From contig NC_068982.1 of the NCBI RefSeq assembly GCF_001194135.2, positions 104,722,991 to 104,786,979 of the forward strand: a stretch of 63,989 bases of DNA, read 5' to 3'. The translations under genes and the position numbers were made by a program. Positions 62,201 through 63,989 of this stretch are shown one piece after another. The notes beneath the pieces were generated by a model. That model was not told where the DNA came from. It saw nothing but the letters and a program-made list of their open reading frames with translations, and ran no database searches. Source of the stretch: Octopus bimaculoides (Eukaryota). Within the stretch, counting starts at the first letter, position 1, and each line of letters starts with the position of its first letter.

Positions 62201-62942
62201 TCTTTGGAAAAGGCGGGAGATTAGCAGAATCAGATGGGTGGCGGACAAAATTTGTTGAAGTATTTAGTTGCTTTCTCAGTTCAGATCTTACGGAGGTTAA
62301 TTCTGCCTTTTTATCCTTTCGGTGTCAGTAAAATCAATACAATTTAATAAATACAGGAATCGATATAATCAACTATAACCATCTTTCAAATTTCAGTTCT
62401 TTGTGTCTATATTAAAATCAAATATTTCTTGGGGAAAAGTGTTTTTTTTTTTTTTAATTAATTTCGAGAAGATAAAAACAGTCTTTTCATGAAGGAAGCA
62501 AAGCGAAAATACGATATCAATTATATTTTCATTTTGCTCGCTTGCTATTGTTGTCAGTCCTGATTAAGCAGATGTATGATTGACTACAGGCATTCAAAAC
62601 GCTTCAGATATATTATTTTTGTGACTACTTTTCTTAAGTGGTTGTTGGCAATGACTGGAAGTCATTGAACAAGTTCCGATACATCTAGTATAGACAAATA
62701 ATGAATAAACTGATGAAGAGAAGTTCTGTTTCGGAGTCAAAAAGATTACAAGCTAGCTATAACACCCTACTTAAACTGTTTATTATTATCGTTCTGATGC
62801 TCCTAGCCTGACAATGTTTCTCACATTACCCTCAGACAATACATTCCAGAACTTTCCCCCGCCCCCCTCTCTCTCTGGATATATACTAATCTTTGAAGAC
62901 TGCTACAGTGTGTCCTATTTCCAAGATGAACAATCCTCTGAC

Positions 62943-63130
62943 CAGTGCCAGATTTAGGACAAATGACGCCGTGTGCTAGTTAAGTTGTGGCTCCTTACGT
63001 GGGCAGTCAGGCATGCATGCTCAAGAAATTCATCGTAAAAATATTTTTTAGATAGGAAGATGCCCCCGCCCCTGGTGAAACGAGGCCCTGTGCTTAAGCA
63101 CACCTAAGCAGAATGGTAAATCCGGCACTG
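62943..63130. mobile_element. hAT-type MITE
   Basis: TIRs cagtgccagattta / taaatccggcactg; 8-bp TSD cctctgac / cctgtgac (1 mismatch). Confidence 0.8.
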
Positions 63131-63289
63131 CCTGTGACTGTTCTGTTGCTCTTATTTTCATTATTTCAGAGATGATGACGATATCTATTACGAACAAATT
63201 TCTCTAACTCTTTGAGTCTCTCCTTCTTTTAAGGAAAATAAAATCTACTGGATGTACTGACTCTTCTGTGGTAATAATAAGGCTCACAA

Positions 63290-63420
63290 CTTTAGTCTTT
63301 GCGAATGTTCAGGCCAACTTACATAGATATTTCATGGAGAACGGTTGTCTTCTTCTGCATCTGGAGCAAACTAAGACTTAGCACAAGGTCATCTGCGTAA
63401 TCGGATCCATAGTGATGTTC
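63290..63420 (-). mobile_element. RTE-like RT fragment
   Basis: DYADDLVLSLSLLQMQKKT motif. Confidence 0.6.
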
Positions 63421-63453
63421 TACTCTATGAATTTTTGTGGCACCCCAAAACAT

Positions 63454-63690
63454 GGCGCGTGGTCTAGAGGTTAGGGTGTTGCACTCACGATTGCAAGTTC
63501 GTGGTTTCGACTCACGGGCCGAATGTGCATTGTGTTCTTGGGTAAAACACTTCATTTCACGTTGCTCCAATCAGCTGAGTAACTCTGAGACGAACTGGCG
63601 TCCCGTTCAAGAGGAATGTTGTAATCTCGGTCACTTACATGCCATAGAAACCAGGTAACCGCCTTTGAGTCCTCAGGCTCAAGACAGTAG
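63454..63690 (+). mobile_element. tRNA-headed CORE-type SINE
   Basis: ggcgcgtggtctagaggttaggg (A box), ggtttcgactc (B-box-like), cacttcatttcacgttgctccaatcagctg (CORE-like). Confidence 0.75.
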
Positions 63691-63989
63691 TATTCAGTGG
63701 TTGATGATGAAAATACGGCATTAGTACAAGCGATAACGACGCAGCGGCTTTGGAGCAGCCAAGGTAACATCACAAATGTAATATGATACTTTGGTGAGAC
63801 GGGATGCTAACGAAAAAAAAAAAAAACTTGTTTGTGAGCGGTCCAGTTCAGCACGAACATCTTTGAATATAACAGATTGAAAATGAAATGTAATAATAAA
63901 TTACGCTATTTTAGTGTCTTAACCTGTTCACCGACGGCTGCATGAATTCCAATCTCTCTACTGGTATGAGAGTGAGTCGTTAATAGTGG

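Overview
AT-rich, repeat-dense eukaryotic genomic scaffold with two N-gaps. The SINE, MITE and microsatellite content suggests an octopod cephalopod (Octopus); this is inferred from repeat families recalled from memory, not from a search. Two host genes are supported and point towards each other. (1) A + strand C2H2 zinc-finger transcription factor with 3 N-terminal fingers and a hunchback/Ikaros-type C-terminal finger pair: coding exons 22970-23396 and 28281-29779, 641 aa, with probable 5' leader exons upstream. (2) NHP2 (H/ACA snoRNP L7Ae protein) on the - strand: four exons 61657-61540, 57604-57535, 55638-55533, 54748-54623, 139 aa. The rest is transposon-derived: a Gypsy pol relic, an R4/Dong-type RLE LINE, RTE LINE pieces, three tRNA-SINE families, hAT and piggyBac-type MITEs, a Merlin transposase relic and Penelope-like termini. 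The most interesting signal is a set of minimal type-I hammerhead-ribozyme-shaped motifs. One has a canonical core (3436-3480). Three, in two otherwise unrelated repeats, share a non-canonical core C(A/T)GTGGA+A, and two of those sit in a 152-bp tandem retrozyme-like array (19845-21003) inside an (ATT)n tract shared with the R4/Dong LINE and two SINEs. All identifications come from manual reading and translation; no alignments or folding programs were run.
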